Source: the human T2T-CHM13v2.0 reference genome, Homo sapiens | Assembly (NCBI RefSeq): GCF_009914755.1 | Contig: NC_060927.1 | Reading direction: 5' to 3' (one strand) | DNA length: 64,000 nt | Shown: piece by piece, positions 30,856 to 46,903 of the stretch | Position numbering within the stretch: the stretch's first letter is position 1 | How the letters are laid out: each line of letters begins with the position of its first letter | The notes under the pieces: generated by a model | What the model saw: only the letters and a program-made list of their open reading frames with translations | The model's database searches: none | What the model was told of the DNA's origin: nothing | Program-made: the position numbers and the translations under genes

Positions 30856-32054
30856 TTAAAAATTTTAAACATTTAATTCTACCTGCTTATCAAATTTCTT
30901 TATATAAAACATAATTACAAATTTGATATCTTTAGTTCTTTAAAACATTCCAAACACCTAACTGGGCAGACTTACAAATCTTGTAAATAAAATCTTGATA
31001 AACACAGCTGTTATAAATCTAATGAATTGGACTTATAAATTTAGTAAATCAAATTACCCTTCTTATCTCAGAATACAGTCACCAGCTAAGGTGGCAGGCT
31101 TATGTAGCATTTCAGCTATCTTTAAAAAAAAAAAAAGAGTGAAAGAAGAGTATTGATTTAAAAACTATGGCTATGCCTGTGTTCTAGTTGGTCACAAATT
31201 AGTTTTTGTTTTAGTTTTTCATTATTTCTGTACTTAATTTAATTTCTCTAGAGCTACAGTAATCCTACATGTTTTTTAAAAAAAGGAAAAATACCATTTC
31301 AAATAAGCCAAGGTTATACGCCCGGATTATTTGCTGATTAATCTTTTTACCCAAAGAAATTTGAACTTGACTATACCAGATGGACCCTAATTCTCTTTTC
31401 TTAGGCACTTGCCAAGACCCCAGGTCTTACTTTACTCAGTGATGAATCACTTGCATGAAAACCTTCTAGGCTACAGTTGCACCTGGTTTTGTAATGGTTT
31501 TGACATGAGACATTATTCAGATAGAAGGAATTGTTTCCGTTATTGGCTCTAATCAGTTTAGTAGTTCCCATTGATCTTCATGCCCAACATTCTAAATCTC
31601 CCAGTAAGGAGGGTAGGAGTGAAAGTCAGGGAGACAGTGCAGCTATGAACTAAAGTTTTCATGGGCTCTGTTTCTGTTGGAGAGATGCCCAGCTGGGGTA
31701 TGGGAGGCCCAGGTGTCAGTGATGGGGAGTTAAAGCAAAAGAGGAGGTGAAAAGAATCAAGGGAGGAGACGTTGGATGGGAGGAGAATAAAGTGGGATGT
31801 AGGTGATAAAGTAACAGTAGAGAACACAAAGAGAAGCAAGCAGTCAGCAAAAGAAAAACAGAAGAGGCATGAAACTGTATATGGAAAAATTCAAAATATT
31901 TCACACAAAAAATTAAAAAACAGGAGAGGAGAGAGATGAAGAGTCAGTAGGGGGTCGAGATAGCAGGAAAAAATAAGCAGCAGCAGAAGAAAAGATATAA
32001 AAGCAAGTGAACTACAGAGAGAAAAACAGAACATTTTTAAAAAGAGGGAGCTAG

Positions 32055-32704
<650 letters not shown>

Positions 32705-33579
32705 AGCATTTCAGATATTTATTGTTTGTCATATCTGGGGCTCTACTGTATCCAGCACTTGGGCATTTCTTTCCTCTGACACTGCTCATCTTGTCTGAAT
32801 GATTGTGATAGAATTTCAGATTACCATAGTCTTAACCAGGCAATCAAACCAGGCTGTTTTCCTGCCCCCAATATTGCTTTGTACCACCCCAACATCCTTG
32901 TCCCACCCACTCATATCATTGGTTGGATGGTCATCCTATAGAATATTTCCCTCTCATGGGTGCTAGTCTCTCCCCTGCGCAGTAGCAGCAGTTATAACCT
33001 GAAGCTCACAGCACCACTGCTTATTTCTGAGCTGACATCACCAGTGGGAATACCTCCCTCCTCTACAGGCTTGCCACCCATTCCTGTTACCCTTTATTTC
33101 ACTTGCCTTATTTCTTGAGCTTGGTTTAATTGACAAACACTTCTTAAGGGTTCACTGTGCCAAAACTGGATTACATGGGTGCACATTTCAAGGTTAAGGA
33201 AAGTGAGTGTGCAGAGGAGACAAACATAAAGAACTATGATGTTACTGATAGCAGGACCCCTTTTTGACACCATTAGGTTCTGAAGCAATGTAAAGCATCC
33301 AGAGACTAATCAGTGTCATAAAGCTTCAGGGTGTTTTGAAGTTCTCATGATATTTTCTGGCATTGTGGAGCAGGCTATGCCATAACTCAACAAGGTCAGC
33401 TTTCCTTGACACAATGCTAAGCTGTTCCCCTGACACAAGGGTAAGAGTTTGCCATGTACAGTTTCTTTTTTTATTCTCCTAGTGTAGCTGTCTATCACCA
33501 TAGCAGCTCCCCTCCCCTAAGGGTTCATCTTTCCTTCTGGCCCCTCACAACATCATCAGTCAGCCTGAAAGTTGCTGCA

Positions 33580-33812
33580 CACATTCAGAGCACTGACTGT
33601 ATTCCAGGCAATATCTGAGTAGTTGACATAGAGTAACTCCATTAATCTACTCATGGCCTTATGAGGTAGATACTATTAGTATCCCTGTTTTAGAGATTGG
33701 GAAACTGAGGCACACAGGAGTTAAGTAGCCCAAAGTCATGGAGCTAGTTAGTGTCAGAGCAGAGATTTGAAACCAGGCAGTCTAGCTCTAGAATCCATGT
33801 TCTTAACCTGTA
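33580..33812. mobile_element. MIR relic; others at about 4330-4480, 20750-20940, 50750-51000, 54110-54290 and 60555-60745
   Basis: Core GGAAACTGAGGCACA...GTTAAGT...TTTGAAACCAGGCAGTCT. Confidence 0.8.
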
Positions 33813-34408
33813 TGCTGCAGGACCTCGCAGTGTTTCATATGGTTTTGGCTGCTGTGGCTGTCTTGGCAGCCAGTGTTACCCTTTCTGTCCGTGCTTATCC
33901 TTTCTTTGATATCCAGCATCCTCAGACACAGAAACCTCAGTTGCTAGATCTTTGTTTACAGGTAGCAAATCACCCTAATTAACTGGTGGGTTGCAAGCAA
34001 ATCCACACTAAGTAGCTAAGGTAAGAAGGCAAGCCTAGGGAGAGGCTTGTGTCCTTCATAACTGGTCTTTGTTGCAAGGGCAGTCATCATACAGCCAGCA
34101 GGAGCACTGTCTGGAGATTGGCCCTCCCTGGCATGAGGCAGCGGGCAGCGGGGTTAAGTGTCTAATGGAGGCAAGTGGAAGTGCTGGAAAGACCACGAGT
34201 CAGTGGGTTCTGCCATAGGTAGAGGGGAGGGCAAAGCCCCAGCTGAAGAACCTAGAGAGGAGAGGTAACATGTGATGGGATTCTCTTCTTTGATGAAGCC
34301 ATTTTGTGGAGGTGCTGAAATCACATACTTCGTTTTATGACTTGATGATCCTATTCTTTTTCTAGGCCAGAGAAAGCTAACATTTGTATTTTCTGTTTCT
34401 TGGTTCAG

Positions 34409-35655
34409 GTGCTGAAACCAAGAACCTACAGTTACTGGTTCCAAAAACTGAGATATGTGAGGAAGCTGAAAAACCCCTCATCATATCAGAAAGAATCCAG
34501 AAAGCTGATCCTCAAGGACCTGAGTTAGGAGAAGCTTGTGAAAAGGGAAACATGTTAAAGAGGCAGAGAATAAAGAGAGAAAAGAAAGATTTCAGACAAG
34601 TGATAGTGAATGACTGTCACTTACCTGAAAGCTTCAAAGAAGAGGAAAACCAGAAATGTAAGAAATCTGGAGGAAAATATAGCCTTAATTCTGGCGCTGT
34701 TAAAAATCCAAAAACCCAGCTTGGACAAAAGCCTTTTACGTGTAGCGTGTGTGGGAAAGGATTTAGTCAGAGTGCAAACCTCGTTGTGCATCAGCGAATC
34801 CACACTGGAGAGAAACCCTTTGAATGTCATGAGTGTGGGAAGGCCTTCATTCAGAGTGCAAACCTCGTTGTGCATCAGAGAATCCACACTGGACAGAAAC
34901 CTTATGTTTGCTCAAAATGTGGGAAAGCCTTCACTCAGAGTTCAAATCTGACTGTACATCAAAAAATCCACTCCTTAGAAAAAACTTTTAAGTGCAATGA
35001 ATGTGAGAAAGCCTTTAGTTACAGCTCACAACTTGCTCGGCACCAGAAAGTCCACATTACGGAAAAATGCTATGAATGTAATGAATGTGGGAAAACATTT
35101 ACTAGGAGCTCAAACCTCATTGTCCACCAGAGGATCCACACTGGGGAGAAGCCCTTTGCCTGTAACGACTGTGGCAAAGCCTTTACCCAGAGTGCAAATC
35201 TTATTGTACATCAGCGAAGCCATACTGGTGAGAAGCCATATGAGTGTAAAGAGTGTGGGAAAGCCTTTAGTTGTTTTTCACACCTTATTGTGCACCAGAG
35301 AATTCACACTGCAGAGAAACCTTACGACTGCAGCGAATGTGGGAAAGCCTTCAGTCAGCTCTCTTGCCTTATTGTCCACCAGAGAATTCACAGTGGAGAT
35401 CTTCCTTACGTGTGTAATGAATGTGGGAAGGCCTTCACATGTAGCTCATACCTACTTATTCATCAGAGAATTCATAATGGAGAAAAACCTTACACATGTA
35501 ATGAGTGTGGGAAGGCCTTCAGACAGAGGTCGAGCCTCACCGTGCACCAGAGAACCCACACTGGGGAGAAGCCCTATGAATGTGAGAAGTGTGGTGCAGC
35601 TTTCATTTCCAACTCACACCTCATGCGACACCATAGAACCCATCTTGTTGAATAA
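34409..35655 (+). CDS. ZNF35: ZNF35 last coding exon: 11 C2H2 fingers; spliced protein 527 aa
   Basis: ggttcag| phase-1 acceptor; 11 intact fingers; 64+48+415 = 527 aa. Confidence 0.96.
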
Positions 35656-36471
35656 CAAGTAAGGAAGAGGAAGACCTCCAGCATTGGTCATAACCTTCTG
35701 CCTCCCTAATGAGACACCTCTTTGCTGTTTTCTTCCTCCTCTATAAAAGTGAGGGCTGTGTCCTTAAAAGTTATAGTTTTCAGGAATGCAGCAGAAGACA
35801 CAAGAAAAGCATTTCAGAGGCTAATTTAAAACAAAAAGTAAGCACCTAAAGGCAAGGACTTTGTTTTAACTGTACCTTAAGCGGTCATGTTCTCTGAAGT
35901 GGAATGTGGCTTTCCTAGGAATGGGTCGTACAAAGCTAAGTGGTAATGATGCTATTTGGGGAAAGGTCTTTTTTGCTTAATTTTGTTTTTTAAAACTCTG
36001 ATGATTGCTTGAGCAACAGGCAGGTTATCTGCCTGGTTGAATTCTGGTTGAACCGTGTATTCTAATATTTCTGGTTAAGTGGTGACTGGGTAAGGAAACC
36101 ACTTGGGGTAGCAGTTCAACAATTCACTTACGAATGTTTATAAGCTTTCCATTTCCTAGGTAATTTTTTAAAAGCCAGTCAAAACAAAAACTTTACTGAA
36201 AATGGACAGAAATAGGAAATGGACTTTTTCCTTACTGTCTATACCTCCTGAACCTTGGTATTGTAAAGATCTGGGGACCTCTGGGTCTGTTCTGACCATT
36301 CCCTAGTCTCCATGGCCAAGCACTCAAGGATTGATGGACACCACACACCAGCTATATTCATTTGCCAAGATCAACAGCTCCTTCTCCAAACAACTCAAGC
36401 CCCCAATTCCCATCGCATTCCATTTGGGTGAGATGCAACTAACAGCCCCTTCCTGGATGAAGGAGTCAAAG

Positions 36472-36477
36472 AATAAA
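36472..36477 (+). terminator. Likely ZNF35 polyadenylation signal
   Basis: First AATAAA I found after the stop codon, followed by GT/T-rich sequence. Confidence 0.65.
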
Positions 36478-37376
36478 GCTTGCCTAGAGGCATGCCCCAG
36501 TTGTCTCTGCTGTCATTCTGCTCAAGTCCAGCCAGGGGTCTCAGTTTGGGTTTCATTCTCACATTCTGGATGGTGTTTAGAAGAAATAGTGGAGCTCTTC
36601 TCATTCTGAGAAGACCAAAGAGGGAAAGTGATGGGAGAGGGGAGGTGGAAATAAGATTCCTAAGGTCTTAATTTGATTTTTTGAGAAATTCAGAGGTATT
36701 GGAATATGAAAAACTTTTAGAAGGATGAAGAAACTGGCCAAGGTAAGATATCTTTGTTACCATTCAGCCTTTACTCCTGGAAAAATGATTTATAAAACTA
36801 TGCAATAGGTAGAGTTATGTAATAATATTGCCTTGTATTTATATAGAACTTTTATTCTTTGTTGTGTACCCTTATGTATTGATCATGATACCTGGCACGT
36901 ATCTCACGCTTTCACATAGATCACCTACCTCAGTCCTTACAACACTGAAACAGGTGGTTGCCCATTTACCTGAGAATGGTCATTTAGTGCAAGGCCAAGT
37001 AACAAGTGACAGCTTATATCCAAGTCCAGGTCCTGAATCTAGATTCTCTGTTCTGCCATGCCACTTGCCAAACACCTGTAATCCCCATGCAGACCTGTAG
37101 GGGAGACAAAGAAAGGGGTGTGTAGTCCCATTTTTCAGGTGAGGAAGCTGATGTGACAGATGTTTGGAGTGTGCCTTAGGCACTGTGACCAGAAATCAGC
37201 AAACCTAAGACTAGAATTTGGGTCTCCTGATTTCTGGCTCTGTCCCTCCATGCTGTTCCAATGCCTCAGGGCATGCAAGAGCATTTATCATAAATGCTGA
37301 GCCTGATGCAGCTCTCATGCAGAAGTCCCATGCATTTATTATCACATTTCTGCAAGACTAAATATTAATCACATAG

Positions 37377-37990
<614 letters not shown>

Positions 37991-40900
37991 TACAGTGCAC
38001 TTTCACATACAGAAGGCATACACAAGAAAGCTTATTAATTTCCTTTTTCCTCCCTCCTCTAGTTTTTTTTCCAAAACATATGCAACTTACTTTCCCAGTT
38101 TCACTCTAAATCATAGAGACACAAATACAAGAAATCAAAAGGATTCAAAAGTAGGATCAAATACTCATGCCCTCACCAATCCTAACAGTGACTGTTCCAG
38201 TCTCCCTGATGGAATGGAGAGACCCAAATAAACCACCCCCTGTCTCTGCTGAGAGTAGGAACAAGTTAGTTTTTTCCCCCTGCCTTATCAGGAAGCTAAG
38301 AATATCAGGAGAGCAGGTCTGAAGATTTGAGAAAACTCTGTGACCTTGACCCACCAAGAGACAGAAACTACTTTGCTTAAAGAATACCTGCTGGGATTTA
38401 TGACCATTAAGACAGTTAAACCATTCTACCATCACATATGTTTATCCTCATAATATTCAGTTATGGATGATTGTGATTTTCACTCATAGGTAGTTCAGAA
38501 AAGCTACGCAGGGGATTATGATGCAAAACTAGGTTTGAGATTCACTGACCCAACCTTGCAGTAAAGCAGTGGTTTTAAACCTTGGCTTCATGTTAGAATC
38601 ACATTGGGCACTTTTTTAAAATTTCCATTTCTAGACCTCTGTATTTTTTAAAACTCTGGAGGGGATTACAATGACAAGCAAAGGTTATGAGCCACTGTAG
38701 CAAAAAGTAAAGGCTGCAGGCCAAGAATGTGTGTGATCAAAGGTGGAGGGGGTGGGGGTGCTCCAGTATAAGGATCTGTACGTGCAAAGCATTCTATGTA
38801 TTTTTAGCAGAACAGGAGACTTACTTTACACTAGCTGAACTAGGTGTCCATCAGTGCCTCTGCCAACCATTGGATGTTAGAGGATTCTGCCACCTAGCTT
38901 ATTTTATTTGTATTTAAGTGAATATACCAAACATTTATATGAGCAAACCAAGTTTTACATAACATGCTTTTGGTATGTATTATGACTTTTTACATTTCTA
39001 CTTGGATTTCCTCTTCAGATCTCAGTTTCCACAAATCTGCATCCAGGTTCAGGGCCTCTGATTCTGCACAAATCATATGAGCCAAGTGGATTGATTACTA
39101 GACAGATCAGATCCTTCCCCAGCTAATAACTCTGCCTTCTGATTCCAGTCCTCAAAATAAATTGCAGCCTGCCATTTTCTTTATGTTTTATAAGGGAGGA
39201 GTGACCACCTTTTGTCAGTTTGCTTAGTTTCCTATTCTTTGGGCTCATCTCCCATCTTTTTTGGGTAGTCTTGCTAGGAGTGGTTGGGAACTCTGAAGCC
39301 CCATTTTCCCAAGTTGCTGAGAGCTATCAGACTTTTAGCTGTCAGGCTAAGAGCTCTGTTGCAGGCCTAGTGATTGGCATTAAGAGTAGGGCCAGGAAAT
39401 CTGTCCTCATCCTCAAATGAGACCAACAGATATGTATTAAGTGGAGCACAGTGATGCAAAACTGATGGCGAAATCACGTACAGTACTCTGGGAGCACAGG
39501 AGAAAGACTTCAATCCCTAACACGAAGTTACACACTCAAACACAGCCATAAATTCCACCAGGCTTAGGAAGAGGTGTCTTTGGACAAAGCTAATTGTTCA
39601 CCTGCTCTGTATCCCCTCCCTGTCTCAGGTAGTTGTCCCTCTCCCACGTCTGTCACCTCTCCACTTGCTCATCCATTGTAGGCACTGCAACCTTTCTGGG
39701 GTTGCAGCCCCTTTGGGAATCCTGGGAAGATTATGGATCCTCTTCCCCTAAGAAGTGTACGTTGCAGATTAAATCTTGTGCTTACTTGGAGGTTATGCAG
39801 GCTTCCTGAAGACAATACATACATTTAGAGCCTAAAGTTGAATCTGGGGTGTATTACATAATCACCAGTGACTTTTTTTTTTTTAAATGAGGTTAGGTTA
39901 CAGAATCACTAAGAATGTTGCCCAGACATTCTTTAAACCTTTAAAATTTGTTTTTCTCTTAGATTCCTTCCCTTATCAAATGACATTATCCCCACCACCT
40001 GGGGCACGCAGATTGAATGTCCAGAAGCTATTTCTGCCTTCCTAAGCATCATTCATTACAAAAACATTTTGTGTTCCCTTGTGGTGAACGTCATGCTAGA
40101 TTCTGGACTGCCAAAGCAAACCTGGTCCACTATCCCTGTTGTCATGTCTGTTATGGGAAAAATATCAGGATCCCTAACATGATTTACTGAGCTCTTCATA
40201 ATCTCTTTCCAGCCTCATCTCTTCACTCTCAGGCACCTTTTACTGCAGCCTAGAGGCACGTGCTTGCTCTTCTCTGTGCCTTTGCTCACACTTTTCTCAG
40301 TGCCTATAATACCTCATCACTACTTCCCACTCAGTCCCCTTCTACTTTTGCAAGCTTAGTTTCTTTTTATATTTGGTTCAAGTTCCATCTCTGGGAAACC
40401 CCTGACTGCGTTATGGTTAAAGGCATATTCAGAAGTATATTTATTAATACGCATATACAAGTGCATGATATGCTATGTGTCCAGAGATTTACCTTTTTGC
40501 TTTAAAGTGAAAAAGTCTGGATTAAAAATTGTGTATATAATACAGTTCTCATATACTGTTGCTTTTATATATACTATATACTATTTAAAAGTATATAGAT
40601 AAATTACCTGAAGGAAAAAAGAAAATATTATAAGTGGTTAAATGACTTACAGCCATACTGACGGTTAATTCCAGGCTTACATTCAAACCCATATACTCTG
40701 GATAATAGGATTATGGTTTACTAAGAGGGGTTTTGTTTGTTTGTTTTAGCAATTTCTATATTTCTATAAGGAGCAAGAATTTTATAAAAATAATTATATT
40801 TACATATCTAGTTTATTATATTAACTATAAACCATATCTCAATTCTCCATTTTGTGGTATGTTGGAGGGACCCTTCCCTTCCTTTCCCTTTCCCTTTTCC

Positions 40901-42460
40901 ACGTCGTTGGCTCTTACATTGTCAAGTCTGATAATTCTTAAATTCTATTCTGTAACCAGTTAGGATTTTATGTTTGGTTATTGATTGATTTCAAAAGCTG
41001 AAAATAAACAGCATGAACATTATTACAACCATCTGAATATTGTTGATTGCAGATCTTAGCTTACTGTGTTTATATTTCCTTTTGGGATCAGCTTTTTGTT
41101 TTTACGGAAGTTTCTAGTTGCCTTTCTTTTTACCTTGTACTGGTTGCTTTCCACACACTCACAGTCATTTTCAAATTCTCCATTCAATTAAATACTCTGT
41201 TGAATTCACTTCTTTTCTCTCTGTATATTCTGCTTTCAGCCTCCTGCTCTAGTCTGTTTTTGATGACCTTTCTGCCTATATTCTGTTGTTACACTGGACT
41301 CAACTGTTTCTGAATTCTGTGTCTTCCTTTTTCTTTATTTACTTCATCATTTTATTATAGTACATGTCAAGTCTCCTGTCAGGAAAGAGTACATGGAAGG
41401 CAGAGTTGTTGAGTGTCTGTGTCTTTCTCTGACCTCTCACTTGATGGTAGTTTGGCTGGCTCTGGAATTCTAGGTTGAAAAATTTCCCTAGAAGTTTGTA
41501 GCCACTGCTTCACTGACTTACAGCATCCACTGCTGCTAATGAGATGCCTGATTCCAATCTGATACTTATTTATTTGACAATCAGTAAATAGTATTTACAT
41601 TACAGTGATCTGTTTTCCCACCCCTATGCCTGGAAGCTTTTAAAGTCTCTTCTTTATCTTTGATGTATTCAGTTCCCTAATGCTCAGTGGAATTTTTCAA
41701 TCTACAGACTCAGGTACTCCTACTCTTGGAAATTTTCTCATTATTTATATGACTATTCCCCCTTTCCATGTTTTTTCTCTTTATAGAGTTCCTGTTCCTG
41801 CTAATCAAATGTTGGACCTTGTGGATTGATCCTTAGCTGCATTCATTATTTCCATTTCTTTGTATTGTGCCACTATGAGAAGAGTACCTTGATTATTTTC
41901 TAATGAATAATATTTTTAACAGTAATAATTTTAACAATAACTAGTTTAATTTCTGAGAGCCTTTTCTTAAAAGTATCTTCTGTCACATGAATTATCTCAT
42001 TCCCTTCATGCCCCTGCCACTGGGTCCTTTTTTCCCTCTGTTTACCTTGTTTACTCTCATTAGACTTTCCTCAAATGTGATTCTTACACCCATATACGTG
42101 TGCGTGTGCACGTGAGTGTGTCTGTGAATTAAAAGCCTAATTGAGACCTCTGTGTGTAGGAGTGAGATTTGCCCACTGTTTCCCTGGAGAACCCTAAATG
42201 CCAGAATACAGAATATTTTGCCTTGGGCTCTTACATTTAATTAGCAAAAATCCTCTGATATTTTTGTCTGGGGTTTAGATGCTGTTAAGTGCTTTTCTAG
42301 AAGTGGAGGGAAGGAAGCCAAGTGTTATTACAGACTTCCATTTAATGCCCTTATTTTTAGATCCACTTCTGCCTCCCAGCCTTCATTGTACCTGGGGTTT
42401 CAAAATTCCAAGTCTCCGGGGTTGGGCAGGGTAGATCAGCTACCTCCTTCCATTGGATAG

Positions 42461-42886
<426 letters not shown>

Positions 42887-45800
42887 TAACCATTTTTACT
42901 CATTGTTATTTTAGGGGAAGTTAAACCATTTTTAAAAGAATGTTGATATCCTTTGATACAGCAGTACCACTTTTAGAAAGCTGTCTTAAGAATGAATATT
43001 TGTACAATGATTTATATACTTGTCGATGTTACTCATTTCACAAAAAAGTGACTAACCTAAGTAACAATAGGGGAATGATTAAATAAGTTATAATAGTATG
43101 GAATATTGTGCAACCACTAAAGGTCATAATTAAAAGAATAGTGATATGATAATAGCACACAGTAATATTAAATAAATGATGCAAAGTACAAAATAAAACA
43201 CTGTACAGAGAGCTGAGTTTTCTGAGATGCACATGCATAGGAAAGAAAGAAATTGGGGGTTAACTGTGGTTAAATTTTCAGCAGTCTACATTTTCTACAA
43301 TGAGCCTGTATTACTTTTATGATCAGGAGGGGAAGGTTAATAAAAGAGAAAGATCATGGCTTGTTCAGAGTGGTGAGACTTTCTTGTGAAGTGTGAAATG
43401 GGTAGTGGGGAATAATAGAATAAGGGTCTGGAGAAGTAAGGTCCCTATTTTTATCCATTGTTAGCATTTTATGGTTACCAAGAACCTAATACCAGGTGAA
43501 GGAGTTCAGCAGAAGAATATATATTTGTGACATTGTTCTGGCTGGACAGTGGAGGCTGAGCTGGTGAGGGGAGAAAGGAATCCTGAAGACCATATTGGCA
43601 GTTTTTTTCAGAGCCCAAGAGAGACAGTGGGATTCTGACCCAGCCACTAGAAGGGGGCCAGAGGAGAAGGAATAGATGTGATGTTTTGAAGATAAAATGA
43701 GCAGACCTTAAGGGACACGGAAGATCAAGCAGCAAATTCCCAAGCCAGAAGTCTGGGCCTCTACATCCTGGTGAGACCTACGACATGACAAATGAGGCCA
43801 GGCCCAGGTCCGAGAGGCACTGCTTTCCTTGCAGCTCTCTGGAGCTACCCTGTCTTCACAGTGGCTAATGCCTCTCTGATGTTGGGAAGGGCTGGAGACA
43901 AGGGAGGAGACAACCCAACTCATAGCAGGCTACCTGGCTATCGTAGGCTACCTTGACACTGACTAGGTTCCCTACTTGTACCATGTGTGGTTTTCCAGGA
44001 TTCCTGTGATCTCTGGTATTTTCCCTCCAAGGACTGGGGTTCCCTCAAGGCAAGTCACCCTACTGAACCAATAGCAAGGTTGTAATCATCACTACTGTTA
44101 GTTGAGGGGTTCCTGTGTGCCAGGCACCATACTAAATGCCAAATGTGTTACATCTCATTTAATCTTCACCTGAGGAGGGAAGTTCTCTTATGCCATTTGC
44201 AAAGCCAGTAGTCCCAGTCAGGATTAGAACAACTCTGATGTACAAGTCTGTGCCCCTTTCTCCCAGGTGAACTTCTCAGTGCACCCCCAAGGACTCCTCT
44301 CCCCATGTAAGAGTTCTTTGTTAAATTGAAAGAGCAGTTCTTGCCTGTAGTAAAAAGGTCAGTGGTGCAAAAGCATACAAAGAGATGTGAGACTCCCTCC
44401 CAGTCCACATAACCAGTCTCCTACCCCAGTGGTAGCTATTTTTAAATGTCTTGATTTTTCCTCAAGATAGTCCCAGCATTTACAACCTTATGTATCCCCC
44501 TTAAAGAAACACGCACAAAAAATGAAAAGCTTAGGATACAGTCTACACCTTGCTTTTTTCAGTGTCTTGGAGATGGCTTTCTATTAGCCTGTAAGATCTA
44601 CCTCATTTTTTTCACTGCTTTGTGATATCCATTGTATGAATGTACCATAATTCATACAGTCCCCCTGTTGATGGGCCTCTAGGTTCTTTTCTGCCTTTTG
44701 CTATTACAAACAGTACTGTGCCAAATATCCCCGCACACTGTCCCTGGATAAATTGATGAAATTAAATCGTAGGTGCATTTGTTATTTTGATAGAAATTGG
44801 AAATGTAGTTCCCAGTGTGTGTATGAAAATGTTCATTCCCCTGAATCCTCTGAAACTATTGTGTTGTTTCTGATCTCATAAATGAAAAATGCTCTCATAT
44901 TTTAATTTGCATTCAACTATGAGTGAAACTGGGTACCACAGCCCATGTTTAAAAGTCATTTGTATTTATTTTCTGTGACTGGCTTATTTGCGTTCTTTAG
45001 CAGTTTTTCTGTTCATCCTTTTAATAATCAATTTGTACAAACTATAAAGAAATTATCCTTATCTGCTATATGTGTTGCAAATATTTTCCCAGGTTTGTTT
45101 GTCGTACTTAATTTTGCTGTTTGGATATTTAAAATTTAATATCAAATCAAGGACTTCCCCTCTTCAAGATGATATGTTCTCCCATGATTTCTAGTCCTTT
45201 GAGATCGGTCCCTTTGAAATTCTTTGTGGATAAGGACTGAGTCAGGTCTTGGCCCTGTCTCCCGCCCCTTTTCCTCTGGCATCCAGGTGGAGGAACCAAG
45301 CAGGAAAAACACATAGACGAAGACAGCTCCCAACTTCCTAGAGCAGCCGGGCAAGAAGCTTGCACCAGGGCCTTCTGCCCTCGCCGGACTCACTGAGCCA
45401 GTCAAAAGCAGGGTGTCCGGGGAGCCCAGCGAAGAGTGGAGCAAGCTGAGGGAGGAATGGGCAGTCCGAGAAAGGGAGAACAGAAGGGGCTGTACCCTCG
45501 CATGGGGTGGGGTTGGGGCTGGTGGGGGCCTGGAGGCTAGGGACAGGCCCAAATCTGGGGTGGGTGGTGTGTTGGGGGAAGGAAAGAGAAGGAAGGGCTG
45601 GAGCTTGAGATGTGGGAGGCGAAGGAGGAGGCTGCAGCTATGGGGATGGGGGAAGAATCGGGAATGTGCAAGGAGAAGAGCAGCGATGTGCAGGTGGGCA
45701 GCAAGGGTAGGAGTCAGGATCAGATGTGGTGGCCTGGAGGAGGAGCCCAGTTCAGGGAAGAGCCAGGGAGGAAAAGGGTGGCTTCCTCCAGGACCCTGGG

Positions 45801-46750
45801 ACCCTCGTGCTGCCCACTGCTTTCTCTGGCCTTAGGTGGGCAGGGCAGAAACCAGACCATACTCCTGAGGGCAGGTGGGGAAGAGGGCATTCTAGGCTGG
45901 CCCTGTTCCTCACCTCCCAACCCAGGACAGATCCCTAAGCTCTCTAACGTAAGTCCTCTCTTGCCATTGTGAGGCTGGGGTGAAATGAGGGGTAGGAAAT
46001 GGCTTTGTAATGATTGAAAGGCTGCCTGGTTGCACAGGCCTGCTGTGGCCTTCTGGAGGACAGGATAGACATGGATAAAAGAAAACCAAGCCTTACCTGA
46101 TTGGAAAACATTTTACTTTCATAGTGCAGCGTGGGGTGCCTGCCCCTGACTGCCTTACACATGGGCCTCGGCCGTGCTTCCAGAGCCTTGTTCTGTGGTG
46201 GATGCTTAGCGGATGATAAGCAGAGGCCTTGTCTGAGGAAGGCGAGACATGAAGTCACCACTCAGGTCCCAAGGGGGAGAATCTGTTTAGAATAGAGCCT
46301 AAGGGGCCCCCGTGCTGAAGAAGGAGCCAAATAGTTCTGTGACCCCTTGGGCCAGAAGAAGCTATGGGGAGTTTTCTCTGGAAATAAGAGTCTCTGGCAG
46401 GGTCTGGACCACACCTGTTCCCCCAACACAAGCCCTGTGAGGAAGGAGCAGGATGGATGGTCTCTGGTCCCAGACAGCTGTGGAGGCCAGAGTGGCTTCC
46501 AGAGGCTGGGGTGGGCTGGAGCACCTTTCCTTCTTCCACCCTGGTGGGCAAAGCTAGGCCTTTGAAAGAATAGGTGCCCACGGTCATGAACTGCATTCAC
46601 AGGGGCCTGGTCCCAAGATGCCCCTGCCTCCCTAAGGAGCTGATAATCCTCCTGGGATGGGCCAGGTCTCTGGCGAACAGTATTTACTGTCCCTTTAGGT
46701 GACACCTGATGATCCCAAAGAACCAAAGGGTTTTCTCTCTTCCATCACAG

Positions 46751-46903
46751 GTTCGAATGAGAGTGAGGTGCACACAGATGAGGATGAGCCCTGTAAGCCT
46801 GAAGGAGGAGCAGCCCCGGGCCAGTGGCTCTTGCCTTGGGAACACCCCCACCAGGGCTAAGGGCTGGCATTTCCCATCTTAGCTTGGTGGGCCACAACCA
46901 AAG
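46751..46903 (+). pseudogene. Candidate upstream exon of the ZNF pseudogene, resembling ZNF35 coding exon 1
   Basis: tctctcttccatcacag| and AAG|gtgaga; MSPVSLKEEQ...AKGW...*LGGPQPK, phase 0 end. Confidence 0.45.
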
